Assembly: GCA_964035545.1 (NCBI GenBank)
Contig: OZ037766.1
Span: 20,014,767 to 20,078,766, forward strand
From: Bugula neritina
Lineage: Eukaryota; Animalia; Bryozoa
DNA: 64,000 nucleotides
Direction of reading: 5' to 3'
The position numbers and the translations under genes are program-made. The notes under the pieces are model-generated. The model saw only the letters and a program-made list of their open reading frames with translations. It was not told the origin of the DNA and did not search any database. This document shows positions 49,685-63,867 of this stretch, piece by piece (position 1 is the stretch's first letter; each line of letters starts with the position of its first letter).

Positions 49685-52600
49685 CCCGATGCCAGCTGTC
49701 TAACATAGGATTTGGTGATCACTTAGTACAAATCACAGCAGCAGCAGCAGCAGTCTACAACATCAAGTACACTGTAATAGTAACTCAGTTTGACTACTAA
49801 TATACCTAAATGTGCTTCTTATTAGCCAGATTATCTAAGTGTTTTGATTTATTAGTGACCAGATGAAGAATTTAATGGCTGACTCACAGATAAAAATTCC
49901 TCTCAACTTCCTATCAAATTTGATTTGAAATTCAATTCAAGACTAGAATGAACATTTTAATAAATTTAGCTATAATTTATGTCATTGAAATAATTTCGTA
50001 CTTGCAACCTCTTTTAAACAGCTACCAAGGGCGAATAATTGGTTAGGAGTTGCTGCTAGTTTAGTATTAAAACCAAGGTTAGATATCTCTGGTTACAGCC
50101 ATTTTGAATTCACACTCGGCCAATCAATAAAATTATAAAATTAACCAATAGAACACTCTGTGCTGTATCACTACCGAGAAACCTTCTAAATAACACCTGA
50201 AATGTATATATTTTGATTGCTTAATTTTCGTCAATATATACCCCAAATTGAATACTAAAATTTAAATTAGGTGATATAGGGCCTAAATCTTCACCACTCT
50301 AGCAAGTTTGAGGTGAGCAAGTTGAGTTAGAACTTTTAGCAAATTCTGCATCCTGAATTTTATTTGTTTGGTTGAGTGGGTAGCTTTACTGTTCTGTGAA
50401 GAAGGCACATATAAATAATGCTTTCAATAATTAAAACCAATTTAATTATAAAAAAAGGTAAGCCAAGGCAATAATTTCTTTGAATGACTCAAATAAAGCT
50501 GCTCATGGTATTTTGCAACACAAAGTTGAAACCCACCCAGTGTATTAATAGATGGTTGCTAGTAACTAATAAGTTTATTGCAGTTTATCTAACCTCCAAG
50601 ATAAACAGAGCAGAATTTGCAGTCTACAATAATTGAGTTTTGATAAGGGTAATAAGATGGCTTGCCCTCATCTAGGCAATCTTGTGATTTAGTGGAAAGT
50701 TAGCAGTTAAAAAGAACATGGGAATCATGTAAGGTGAAACGCTGCTACTTTAATAGGCAATCCTATCAAATATCTGGTTCAGCTACTCTCCAAAAACTGC
50801 GCTGGCCAGATAGTACTAATGCAACTTTTTAGACTTGGACTGAATGTCAAACAGGACCTCAAATGTATAGCAAATTAGGATTTTAGACTGCTTTAGAATA
50901 CTAATCACATAGGAATTTCAGCTAACCAGCAACAGCTGAAGTCAAATGACCAAGAATTTTCATCAGTAAATTCAAGACTCTCACAGAGATGTAGCCATCT
51001 TGTATATATATTATATAGTATGGATGATGGTCAGTGGAAAGAGCAGGGGGAGCAAAAGTAGGCTCAATACTAATGATTAGAGTGCCAATTGCAAGCAAAC
51101 ATGGAGTTTTTAAATAAAATTCAAGTATAGTTTATATAATATTTATATTTGTGTTATCATTAGGCTATATGATATGTTGCGGTTTATCATCTCTGCTAAT
51201 TAAAAATTTAATAGAACCTAAAGTAGCAACTGAAGGTAGCTCAATGCTAGGAGCAGGTTTGTGGCCACCATAAATGATTGTTTACATATTGCAAAGCAGG
51301 AACATCACGCAATGTTTTATTTAAAGAAATTATTCAGCCTTTGAGATGAGTATCATTTGTATGGAAACAAAAGTGATTTAATGAAGTATATATTCAACAA
51401 CTTGTAATCTATGGTCTATCCTTGAACTTTGAGAAGTAGTAAGATTTGAATAAGAAATCAATTGTAATAGAAAAAAACAACATAATGCCAATAGATAGCA
51501 TGGGTTAGATTGCAATAATAGAATATTTGCAACATCTATGTTGAAATCTTGTAACAAAGATAAAGCACACCACAAAATTAGCAAGTTATCAAAATCATTT
51601 AGACCCACCTTTGAACATAACAAAACGACTGCTGAAATAAAAATGAAGGTTTAAGAATGACTAATGAACATTTTATAAATAATATGTAATGAATAGTATA
51701 GCAATATCAACATAAGGCTATTACAGCCAAGTAAGGTAGTATTGAAAATGAATTTTTCTCTTGAGTTTAAATGGTTTTACATGTGACAAAATTGCAATAT
51801 CAAAATAAAATGTGAATTTTGAAGTACTCTAATTTCAATAATCTATATTCAAAAGTATAAGCTAAGCATTAGAAAATAGCATTGTTGTGCAAAGTCTATA
51901 GACATTAATTAAAAAAACAAAAACCTACCAATTCTAGAGAGATGATTTCACATAGGCAAAGATACACGCAGTTATATTTAAAAAGAATTGAACGCATGTA
52001 AGAGAAGTAAGAAACAAACTCAGATAGCCTTAAGCCAAAACTTGCTTTGATTACACAACCTATGAAAACTGCTTTGATGCTTTCCTTTAACGGACTAGCT
52101 CATTGTGAAGCTATTTTACAAGAGATGAATGTTATTAGCCGTAGAGCAAAATAATTATCCGACACAGTACTAAATAAATGCACAGATTTCAGTTCGACCA
52201 GTCAGTTCGGGACATGGAAAAAGTCAAAGTTTGAACTCAGTTGTTCTGAGCCAGTCCCAACATTTATTAGCAGCAGCATTTTTTTGCAGCAATTCATACA
52301 TTTTTAGTGAAACAGTATGAGAAAAGCTTTTTTTGTGTTGTGGTTTTAGATGTGCAAAAATTTGTAATCTCAAAAATGTAGTTTTGCCTTGCTATCACTC
52401 AAATAACCAACATACGAAGTCCAAACTCAGCAGCAGGAAAAAACTTTGTTGCACAAAGTAAGTCACTTTTAAGATCAGGTAAGTATTTTATATGTATTTT
52501 CAATTCCCTATTCCTTGTGAGGAGAGATTACAGAGTAAGTTGCAGAGTTTCCCTTATTCACACTTTAACAGCAAAACCAAAATGGCGCTGCTGTTACTTT

Positions 52601-53679
52601 CGTTAACATGCGTTCACACACTGAAAAAATTACAATGCATGACGTTGAGCTGTGACCAATCATAATAAGGCTAATTCTTGTCTGAGGTGACTTGTACGCT
52701 TTTGGATACTATTCACAAATTTGTCGCAACATTCTTCTCAAAAGATATGATAGAAATGTTATCGACTAAATAAAAGCAATTAAAAGAAGTCTTTCTTTTA
52801 AATATATGAGTTCTTAAAATAATTGTGTAAACTAATTTGAATAATAAATATTTAAGCCGTCCAATTAATTTTTAATTTTTTGGTTTGTGTGCTTTTGTAA
52901 TTAGTGAAAGCTGAATTTTTAGGCTGAGTTTAATTTAAACAAGCCTGATGAAGATTTTTTAATCTTTTGAAGCTATGGAATTGAGTAAATTGAATCAATA
53001 ATAAGCGATTAAAATAAACTAGTGGAAAATATTCTATAAATTTTAGTACCAGATCAACTCTACCCAATAGAAGCCCGACAAGATTTTTTTTATCAAGCAC
53101 TGCTTGATCAGCGCAGCAACGTATACCTGGTACGATTCAGCGCGGATGTTACCAATGATGACGGATATTTGCTGTTTTGGCATACGGCACGGCAAAGTGT
53201 GAATAGGGGGTTTGAAAATTGAAACAGGTCTCTACTCTCATTTTTATAAAATATTAAAAACCAGGTAAACTTGAGAGTTGCTTATAATTTGTTTTAATAG
53301 AGCTTACAGTCATGCTCATATGTTTTAGTATCTTTGAAATGCGACAGACGACAACTTATTACTTTAGTTCTTGGTTTATTTTCCCCCCAAATGTAAACTT
53401 GAGATATATAAACGAGTAAAAAGTTCAACAAACAGAAAAAACTAGTTTAAATATAATGTGCCAATAGGGTCCTAATAAAATTCCAACCATTGTAATTCAA
53501 TAAATTTTACTGTATCACAATTGTTTATATTTACTCGAAAGTCAATACTTATACAAGTTTCAATAAATAGATGTGAATATTTAATTTCAATATTTTCTAT
53601 TCTTTATAATATTAAATATGAATATATAATTAATAAGGTTTAAGTTATTTAAAAATAAAGCTTAGTCCAAAACTTCAAT

Positions 53680-54950
53680 GATTACTATGAGTATAAATAT
53701 AATTATAATACTAAAAGTAACAGACTAACAGTATTAGTACAACTATTACTATAACTATTAGTATTACAGTATTAGTTCTACTTACAGCATTAGTAAAGAT
53801 TACTGATTAACTATTAATAATCTAATTTTGGAACTTGAAGGTTAAGTTAATCTAACAACTTGAACTAAAAATACATGCCCACCATTTAGCAAAAAGGTCA
53901 AGTGCAAACCCAAATGAAGTAGAAAATATCAAATAGAACTACTATATCAATATGAGTATTACATTCAGATTTAGTTTTACTAAATCAATGTTTATGTAAA
54001 TGATTTAGTCTAGTACTGGTGCTACTAAAAGTAAATACTAATATTAATACTAATACTGTAATAGTATTACTATTACTATTAGTAATACTAATAGTACTAC
54101 TGTCAGCAGTAATAATTATAATAATGGTATTAGTAATAGTATTGTCGTAACTATAGGCATAGACTTAGAGTTAGACGGAGTCTGATAGAGTCATACTGAT
54201 AGCATCAACACGAGTAACTATTAGTATTATAACTACTATTACTATTAGTATTAGCACTAGTAGTAGTAGTACTAGTAGTAGTATTACTAGTAGTGTACTA
54301 CTACTACTTCTACTTGAACTGCATACATACAGCTACACTAAATCTAATGTCCAATACTAATACTAATAGTAATTGACTAAGTCTAATGGTAATACCCATA
54401 ATTATACTAATACTAATAAGAATAGTTAAAGTTACAGTACGAGTATGAGCATCAGTATGAGACTTGAGTATCACTATCAGTATGACTATCACTATCAGTA
54501 TGACTATGAGTATGAGTAACACAAAGTGAAAGTGACCACCGGCAACAGCAAGAGTAAGAACAAGCGGCAAGTTGAAATGTAAAACTAAATGTTAGTGTAA
54601 CTGTAACTCACAGTAACACTAACTGTAAGGGTTATTAATTATTATGTACCAGTAACACTAACAGTAACACTAACTGAGAGAAAAAATAGTATTACTATTA
54701 CTTAATTACTGTTAGTATTAGTAATACTCACTGAGTATTACTATTACTAATAATATTACTATAACTATTACTATTATTATTACTATTACTATTAGTAATA
54801 CTGTAGTAATACTAATAGTAATAGTAATACTAATAGTAATAGTTATACTTATAGTAATTTGCTAATAGTAATACTTATACTTATAGTTATAGTCACTATG
54901 ACTATTAGTATTACTATTACTATTAGTATTAGTATTACTAATTTAGTATT
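53680..54950. repeat. Low-complexity trinucleotide-periodic region (AGT/ACT/ATT/AAT)
   Basis: Long mixed runs of TAG/TAC/TAA/TAT triplets; no credible coding signal. Confidence 0.85.
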
Positions 54951-55696
54951 AGCAGATTTAAAATGTAACGTCTACCCCAGTTTATTGATAACAGGTTACA
55001 CTGTTGGAGTTTTGCTGATGTTTATTGAAACTAACTGGTAACCAACGTGAAACTACAATAATAAAATTTAATAATAGGGATATTGATGAAAAGAAAAATT
55101 AAACATAAAACATTACAAAATTGTTGCATAACATTAACAATGGTCAACATACCTCTATTACCCTTCCTGGGGAGAGTTAGAATTAAATATATAAAATTGT
55201 GATAGTGAAAGTTTAATCAAAAATCAAGAATGACTAGTGAGAACTACAACAGACAGTGTAGAAAAGCATCAGACTCTGGAATGAAGGCATAAAATACCTC
55301 AGCTATTATAATTTCTGGCTACAAGCTATAAAAAGCTGACAGCTATTCTGTTAGCAAAAATCATTGCATTGTAATAGTGAAAACAAAGCTATTTGTGGTT
55401 TTAGAAAAAAAGCTGTGGCTAAGTGAGTAGCTAAGTGAGTAGCTAAGTGAGATAATGGTGAATGGTGATGAATTGTCCTGTGCCACTGTATGTAATAGTG
55501 TGTAATATAATAAAAAATGATCAAAAACGCTACATAAAATATTAAATGAAAATATTGTTAACTTTAGGTTCAACATTATCATTATGATTATCATTATGAT
55601 TATCATTATGATTATCATCATCATGATGATAAACTTGAAGTTAAACTTTTTTTTTCTAAAACTCGATTTTCAGCTGCAGTCAGCTAAATTACTTAC

Positions 55697-56088
55697 AATA
55701 ATTCCGTCTGAATTATCTTATGGATTGTGAGGTCTACGCATTTTAACTCTTCTAGATGTATTACTATCAGTATCAGTGTGAGTATAAGTATAAGTATTAG
55801 TATAACATTTTAATAACTGGGATAGTGGGATTGTTATTTAGAGCACCCAATGACTGATGAGTTGAATGACATCATTTCCTAAGCGAAACCGAAGCAAAGC
55901 CCGAATCCTTCTAATGCAAATTTCGACGGAAGTAGTCAATAGCTTGCTGATTTTGGTAACCGAAATGTAATCGTATTTTCATTCTGGCAGTCTAAATTTA
56001 TGAGCCAGTCAAAGTATTCACTCAAATCCTCATGACAGTGACTGAGAAACTGAAAGCGAACGGCTCACAAAAGTAAAGGAACCCAACG
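55697..56088. promoter_or_regulatory. Probable bidirectional promoter and 5'UTR region shared by the RhoGAP (-) and Flightless-I (+)
   Basis: Consensus minus-strand donor ATT|GTAAGT at 55697/55696, about 390 bp from the FLII ATG at 56089; local CpG enrichment relative to the flanks; ETS-type CGGAAGT at 55928-55934. Confidence 0.6.
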
Positions 56089-59000
56089 ATGGCTGCAACT
56101 GGGGTGCTCCCTTTTGTAAGAGGAATTGATCTAGCCCACAATGATTTTTCAGTAAGTTTCACTTTCGTCTTTCAGTAAATAATTATTAATAATAATTATT
56201 ATAAGCTCTAGCAGCATAATTTTATGTTCTATCAGCATAAATAATACTAATAGTAATAATATTAGTATTACTAATATTTTATAGCTGCTGCTAGTGTTAC
56301 TGTTATACTTAAACTTAAAGTTAAGTAGTCAGTAGTCGTAGGCGTAGTCGCTATGATTATCATAATCATAATGATAATTCATCATTATTAATATGACTAT
56401 GAGTATCATCATTATAATAAGCATAATGATAATGATAATCACAATGATAATGACCAAGTCTAAGGAGTAGTGTCTAATAAAAGTAAATCAATATGAATAT
56501 CCTAATTAATTTAAACTAAAACCGGTATGATCATCAAAACATATTTTTAATTTACTTCTGCAGATAATATAAATTTAGATACCAGTTTGATATTCACTAT
56601 CAATATGATCATGATTACCAATATCAAATATGTAGCATTATGGCTGAGTCTAATATGTAATCAGTAATTGTATATAGGCTAGCTATATTCTTATTTGGCA
56701 TTGATATTCATATTGCAGAGTGAACCTCAAGTTGAAAGTATAACAAAATGCACCATTCCTAATAATAATGAGTTTGATCATAAGCACTTAGATAATCATA
56801 ATCATTGTTATAATAATAATGAATATCAATATGCATTCTTAAATTTATTACAGTTAGTTTTACAGTTCACTGTAATATAACTTCTATTCTTGCATTTGAG
56901 AATAATAATTGATTAATTTAGTTATTATTTATTTAGTAATTTATACCTGCTTTAGTGGTGAAAATAAATTATTGCTTAAATTTTTGATAGAAAGGTAATA
57001 AAAAGTTGTACTAAATTGTGTTATCGCAAGTACTACCTCAAAACTACTACCAGTGGTATCTTTTTTGTTGATTGCAGCTAGTGTTACTGTTGGTCGGCCA
57101 CGTTAATGTTATTGTAATTGTAATGTTTTAATTTATGGTAGAATATTTTACGTTAATGACAAATGTTAATGTAAACCATCGGCAATGCAAAATTAGGGAT
57201 CAAGTGGAGTTTTTACTTCAACTTTAACAGAAACATGTGCAGCTTCATTTACTACCACCTCAAATGAAATAGTCGAATATTACTGTTTTTATATCTATAT
57301 GTATCCATAATTGAAGCTGACTGACATGGCCCCAACTCCCATTGCTACAGCTCGCGTGGTATATTTTGTTAAGGCATTTTAACAAACTGGTATGGGGTGA
57401 AAACACTTATCTAAAAATAGGCACTTTAGCGTAGCTCTTTTCCCCAGCAACTTTTTTGGATTGCGTTGCTTTGAAAATTTCTTTTTCAAATGATTTCAAT
57501 GTCTAACATCAAATTACATCTAACTAAACTGATGAACACGTTGATAAAAACTGCGTTTTTTCCCCTCTGTGATTCCTTATTACTGTTTTAACCATTTTTG
57601 TGCATTGGCAGCATCTTCTTGCTATAAATGGGCATGATCATTTTGTTTCAGGGTTACAAGTTTCCTGAGAATGTAGCAGACATGACTGGCTTACGTTGGC
57701 TTCGATTAAGTGAATCAAAGTTGATGCATCTACCAGAAGAATTGGGAAATCTTAAGAAATTAGTAATGCTTTATCTTCGTTACAACTTTTTGTGAAATTA
57801 TAATAATATTGTTGTTGATTTTATTTCAATATTTTTTGTGTATTATACAATCATTAAATGTAGGTTTCCTGGGTCTGCACATCTGCTGGACCAGTGTTGA
57901 TTCCAGGGTTTCTATCTGACAATGTTGATCTGTTTAAGGAAACTCTTCAAATGAAAAAGAACCAATTGGAATCGATACACGGCAAACTAGCAACTTTGCC
58001 ATGTCTTCGAGTTATCAACTGTAAAAACAATCAAATTACTAAAGAGGGGATTCCCCGAGATATATTTGATTTAGAAGAGTTGTCTGTTCTTGACTTGAGT
58101 CACAACCAACTAGAGGCTGTACCCAGTGCTCTGGAACATGCCAGAAACATGCTGGTGCTGAACCTTAGTCACAACCAGTCAGTATTCCCTATATTATTTT
58201 TGATTGTTAGTATCTTGGGTATGCATGTGATGATATAGAAATAGATTTCGAAGATCTAGCATGACTTATCATCTAGAAACTAGCCATTATTTTGTAATGT
58301 CGCTTATTTCTTTGAAAATATTGTTTTAGAATCGAGTCAATACCAAGTGAAGTATTTATCAATATGACAGACCTGATACAGCTTGATGTCTCCGATAACA
58401 GACTGGGTAAATTTTGATCACTAATTCTACAGACTGGTGCTGTCTAGCCACACTGTAACTAGGATTTTTTAGTACTAGTTCATAGGCGTGGAGATGTGCT
58501 TACACAGAAACTTGTAGATGATATCACATGAGATATACAGTACAGTTTCTTGTGCCTTTTGTAGAATCTCTTCCTCCACAGCTCCGGCGTTTAGCTAACC
58601 TACAGATCCTTGTGCTTAATAATAACCCATTGGTACAGGCTCAGCTACGGTATGCTGTAATTCATCGCATAAATGTTTTAGTTTTTGCAGTCTGAAATTG
58701 TATGTTTGTATAAAGTTATTTTCTGATTGTTCAACCTTATGTGTTTTATCCAAGTAGCTAGTCATGTGTAGACAGTCCTGTATTAACTTGTGTTGAAAAC
58801 CTCCATTTATCTATTGAGTTCATTGTTCTAAGATGTGTTTATGGCTTTTAAATGCCATGTATTTTGTAGTCAGCTTCCAGCATTATCCTCCTTACACACT
58901 CTACACATGAGAAACACACAGAGGACTCTGTCTAATTTTCCAGCTGCTCTTGAGTCTTTGCACAACCTCACAGGTGTGTTCTTGTCTTTATCTTCTGTCC

Positions 59001-62000
59001 TATGACCTCTAACATTTCCACAAACACGCTGTGAACTATATCTGTATTACTGTGATTTGTTTTGTATAGTATGTATCACACGCGCACACCCTGCCGCACA
59101 AGCAATAATACAAATGGCCTGAAATGCATGCATTTCTACACCACCAATTAGTCACTATGGACAATTAAATTTAGTAATATTTTCTCCACAATGCTTGTTT
59201 TTAGTATTATACAGTTTACAGCATTAGCTGCCATATAATCATACATGCTATGTGCACGCTGTAGATGTGGACTTGTCTAGGAATGACCTACCTCAAATAC
59301 CGGAGAGTTTATATAAACTTTCTTCTTTAAAGAGGCTCAATCTCTCCGACAACATGATTAAAGAGATATCATTGATGGCTGGTAAGTTGTCTCATTCTGT
59401 TCTGTCACACATGCCGCAACTTCAGAATTCATGTTAACTGTACCTGACATTCTGTCAGCTTATAATGGCTTATTAGAAAGACACTTCTTCATTCTCATTT
59501 TTGAGGTTGGGCATCTATGGCATTGGGGGGGGGGGGTAGTTGTCCAAATAGCTATTGATATGGTTTGTAACTAGGCCTACACTTTACAAAAATTAAACAT
59601 AGTTGCAGTAGTAAATACTTTTTGTGCAAGTTAAAAGATTGTAGAATCCTAATGATTTAGATCATTTGAATAGATCTAATTGGAGGAAAATTCATAAATG
59701 TAGTCATTTGATATAACATGTGTTTCCGGAAAAATAAGTCCCCATGCTATCACTATTGATGTAAATTTAAAAAAGTTGAGAAAAAACTATTTGCATTATA
59801 CATTGTCTTGGTAGCATCCAGAAGGTGTAAGTGCAAGTTTCTTTCAATATGATACCATTTTCCTTTAGAATTCACCTGTTTTTTGTTATCTTGCTATCAT
59901 GTTCACTTTGTCTATATTTTACTGATTTTTGTTAGTTACTTTTTAAAGGAAAAGTATAGACAACTCTCTATATGTTGTTTTTAAGCATTATTAGCAGACT
60001 GTCAAGTGTAAACTAATGTGTGTAGATACATGGATAATATACTCTAGTAGAGCACTTACCTGCTGGTATATGTAGATACGTGGACAAAGTTGGAATTCCT
60101 GAATATCTCCAGAAACCAGATATGCACGTTGCCAACCTCATTGACTCGAATCACATCTCTGAAGAAGGTGTATGCTAACAATAATCAGCTGTACTTTGAG
60201 GGCATCCCAGCTGGAATCGGTAAACTGCACAACCTGGAGGTTTTCAGTGCTGCCTATAACAACTTGGAGATGATTCCAGAAGGTCTTTGCAGGTAAAAAT
60301 TATTCACTCTGGAAATAATATATAATGGCTTCTAGTAGATAATATTTTAATATAGTGCACTATGTTTGAGAGTTGTCTTCTCCTTTATTTTAAAGACTAG
60401 GTGTCTGTGTTCAAAGTTGTTTTTACACATGAGGGGGGGTCTGGGAGGGACTATGTTATTAAGTAAGATTGCAGTAGTACTTCTACACATATTCATTGCA
60501 TTCTTTTATTGTTGCTCTCTTGTAGGTGTGGTAAACTAAAAAGGCTAATATTAAACAACAACCAACTGGTCACCATACCTGATGCTCACTACTTCCTCAC
60601 TGACTTAGAGGTATACTTTTACTACACGATAATATCTAATACCTGATTTAGTATAATAACCAATATAGTTTACTATGATGTAAAATGTTGCATGAGCTCT
60701 TAGCAAGGTCACCCCTTAGTTTTATTTTCATTAGAAGCAGGGGGCTCACACAGATAGGTAGTTTAGTGCCTTTAGGTTCTAACTCTACTATGGACAAAAG
60801 AAATGTATTGCTCTATTGCAAATTATAATTTATATGTTTATAGATGAATACAGGAGCGTATTTTACATAGGTTAATATAGGTTTTTGAATTTTTATTTCG
60901 ATAATGTTTTCCACATTCCTTTGCTATCAACAAGGCATATTGTAAATTTCTTAATGATTTGCTTCATAAGAGAAATTATTCATCTAACTATTGCCTCCAA
61001 TAGTTGAAATGTCTTTTTTCAAATTGCATCATGCTTTAGTAGTAGTTTCTTCAACATATTATGGTAGTCTGATGCTTTATCTGTACTGTAGCTGGATGTC
61101 AGAGACAACCCTAATCTGATATTCCCGCCCCGCCCCCCAGAAGCTGTGGAACCAAGCTTGGAATTCTATAAGGTCAATTTTGACATCAACGTTCAGCTGA
61201 GGAAGGCTGGTGCCAATGTACCTGCGCAGCAGGAGCACTCTCCTGGTGAGCTGTATGGCTGTGTCTTCATTATCCCAACTATACATTCATACCTGTGGTG
61301 TTCAAAATTGTTTTGAACATTTTTTAATTTTTGATAAAGAGGTAACAATTTTTGGTAGTTTGTTAAATTAATGCTGAATTTTATTAACATTAACAAAGTT
61401 GACCTGCTTTAGCACTTTGAATTTCTGTCGTGACCTGAATAGAAATTTGAATGACATTGTTTTATTATGATTATTTTGTTCAGAGTTGATAGTTTACTTG
61501 TTTTTGTACGTTAAATTAATGGTTGCCGAAGACTATATATTCTAGTGAGTTTTTTGACAGATAGGTCTAAATAATTGTAAATGACTGTGTTTTTTGTTTC
61601 CTGTGTAGCTCACAGGGACCCTATAGCTCGGAAACTTAGACTGAGAAATAGACGAAGAGACAGTGAAGATTCGGCTGGTGCTGACTCAGTTCTTAAGGTA
61701 CATGGTATTAGTATTTCCCAGGCGACTTGTTGGTAGTTCTATGTGTTAGTAGTGTTTAAGGTGCATAGTGTACGCATGGTCAGCTTATAGCTACAAAAGT
61801 TCAAACAGGATTTGAAACCAACTGGGCCGTCCAGACAAACTACTTAAGCTATGTTATGATTATGAGATAGTAAGGATCAGCGAATGACTCACAGGCAGCA
61901 CACCACTGCTCACAACGGAAAGCTGTTGAGTGGAGAGATGCAAATAAATGTGCTGAAGTCTTTCTGACGGGCGACTTTTTTGCGGTCTAGTTTATTGTTG

Positions 62001-63779
62001 AGTATTAGGAATGTCATGTGTTATTGTAGAATATGAGGAATAGAGCAGTTGAAACATGCTTCTTCAGACGGTAAAAGATAATATTGTAGTTACTATGATA
62101 TTCATAGTCAGCTATGAGGAGTACAGTAGTTGTGATAATATGTTATTCTAGGGTATGAGGGATGTAGCCAAGGACAAGAACACTAAAAAGAAAATACTTG
62201 CTGCCGAGAATGATGAGAAACAGGAAATAAGGTCAGCTTCTATCGCTGCCGCTATACTAATAATACACCTATGAATCTATAATCTATGAATAAAGGCTTA
62301 GTCCCAGCACAATGTTTTCCCAATTTTTTTGCTTATAAAAATTTACTTGTATCATAATGTTATGTAGTTTGAAAATGTGTTCTACGGTTCAAAGAATTCT
62401 GGACTGGTTAGATGGTTCTTTTTCTAATTGGTAACTTTGCTGTATCCATTGTACTTCTATCAACTGCTTGTATACTGGTATTTACATGTATGTAACTTGT
62501 GTGAAATTACCAGTTGTTGACATGATTACGTTATATAATGGCTTCGTATTACTATGCCGCAATTGCATTCTGCAACCTTTATGTTGTTCAACTGAGGAGG
62601 AAAATAACTTGCCAATAGTGGAGTTTGAGCCTGTACAGCATCAATTTGTTTAGCTGTGACGAGGGAACTTTATCCACCACTGTGCCCAAACGGAAAGGTT
62701 CAGTGATGAATGTTCTACACGTAACACCTAGTGCCTTCAACCTATCCAATATAGTGGACATTGTTTTAGCTGTCCACTTGAACTTTTAACTCTGCAATAT
62801 TGTTTGCCACTAAAACCAAACTTATCAGTAGTTGATAGTGCAGACTCAAACTACACAATTAGCATGCTTTTTTTCTTTCTTATACTTTTAACTTGTAACT
62901 AAAAATAATATCAGAGAAAGCTTCCATTGCCCCGTTGTAAGTTCTTATTTTGTGTATGACTACTATTATTACTTTAATGCCAAGCATTTGACTTATGCTG
63001 CCCATTCTCAATACTCCAGAATTAAAATATCATGCTTAGATTACCATTTACTGAATTAGATAAAAGTAGAGTCTGAACATACTATGGGATTATTGAAAGG
63101 TGGTCAACTCCAGACTATCAGTTTGTTACCAAGATGGTCCTTGATTACAAGCCTTATGCATTCACCATTTGAGCTACATGCTTCATATTTATGTTATTTG
63201 CTGTTAACATGCACTAAGACTCACTGCTTGCTTTTTACCAAGTTATAGTCTTTGTTAATAAACATGTACTGCAGCGTGAACAGTGCACTGGAAGCTGGTT
63301 TGACAGCGGAAGGGGTGCTAGCTGAGAGAAAATTTATGTTAGTCAGCAGGTTTGACTAGTGCTTGTCACAAGTTGACTCACTTCATAAGCATTGCCCAGC
63401 AATTCTGATGCCTGAATTAACAAAATAGAATAATGTGGACACATGAATTAAATGCAATGTATATATATACTGGTGATTGATAGGGGGAAGAAGTGGAACG
63501 AGAATCTAGTCAAGCCAGAGCTGGACTACAGTGAGATTTACGAGGAGGACCTTGGCCAGATTCCAGGTTGGGTAACCATTGAGCTACCTTGTGTAATGGT
63601 TTACTGGGAAAATCTGGTAGATTGCATACTCAACAAATTTTGCTAATAAAAAGTTTGATTTATAAATTGAATATAATTGAATATAATGAGATTTATTTAA
63701 TACACATATTTTTTGTTTATTCTTTTAGGAATAGTTTGCTGGGAGATTGAGAACTTTCTTCCTGTAGAAGTTGAAGAAG
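56089..63779 (+). CDS. FLII: Protein flightless-1 homolog (N-terminal LRR domain and start of gelsolin domain 1); continues beyond the window
   Basis: Exons 56089-56151 ([21 protein letters not shown]), 57652-57762, 57939-58177, 58330-58406, 58565-58649, 58870-58973, 59265-59381, 60076-60292 ([21 protein letters not shown]), 60526-60610, 61092-61245, 61609-61697 ([10 protein letters not shown]), 62152-62231, 63484-63566 ([19 protein letters not shown]), 63729-63779 (WEIENFLP). All GT-AG and in frame; hallmark Flightless-I motifs. Confidence 0.97.
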
Positions 63780-63867
63780 GTTTGATTACTGATGGTTTTT
63801 ATTACAAAGTTGTAATTTGTGACTGTGTATGCAGTAGGAGGTTGTAGGCTAGTAGGTGAATAATACA

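Noticed and set aside
54310-55624. Hydrophobic Ile/Val/Leu/Thr-rich ORFs
   Set aside because: Products of trinucleotide low-complexity DNA.
55854-55890. Hammerhead-ribozyme-like CTGATGA..CGAAAC (also CTGATGA with a short stem at ~52945)
   Set aside because: Stems I and III could not be formed, and the 52.9-kb copy lacks the GAAA core; an Infernal search with Rfam hammerhead models would be decisive.
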